Assembly (NCBI GenBank): GCA_009602725.1
Contig: WELB01000008.1
Location: forward strand, 1,292,720-1,314,199
Reading direction: 5' to 3'
DNA from: Spirogloea muscicola
Taxonomy: Eukaryota
Length of the DNA stretch: 21,480 bases
Below, one piece after another: positions 21,396 to 21,480 of this stretch. The position numbers and the translations under genes are program-made. Under the pieces are notes generated by a model. That model was not told where the DNA came from and searched no databases. It worked only from the letters and a program-made list of their open reading frames with translations. Numbering within the stretch: the stretch's first letter is position 1; each line of letters begins with the position of its first letter.

Positions 21396-21480
21396 AGGCT
21401 AGGGTCCTGGAAGTGGGTCCCCTGGACAGAGCCAGAGGCAGCAGCGAGGGCTCTCCCGGCACGAAGGTGCAGCGCACGGG

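Overview
Eukaryotic, intron-rich nuclear DNA from the green lineage. Plant-type proteins with transit-peptide-like N-termini and short GT-AG introns suggest a streptophyte alga, but this is inference. Reading splice sites by hand gives five genes: (1) a minus-strand RsmD-like plastid 16S rRNA methyltransferase that runs off the left edge; (2) a divergent 10-exon plastid shikimate kinase; (3) a 9-exon Wali7/TSJT1/DUF3700 Ntn-hydrolase-like gene with one GC-AG intron; (4) a CCR4-NOT subunit NOT3 gene of about 20 exons; (5) a convergent minus-strand gene of about 210-225 aa that I cannot assign. Gene bodies look CpG-poor, and 5' ends lie in GC/CpG-rich islands. The most unusual signal is a degenerate, block-conserved intergenic element of about 200-430 bp with a GGGCTG-N6-8-CAGCCC palindrome core. 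It occurs six times, only in intergenic DNA, and its orientation flips between the left and right edges of GC-rich islands. Most ORFs in the supplied track are spurious. No prokaryotic, CRISPR, tRNA or rRNA features were found.
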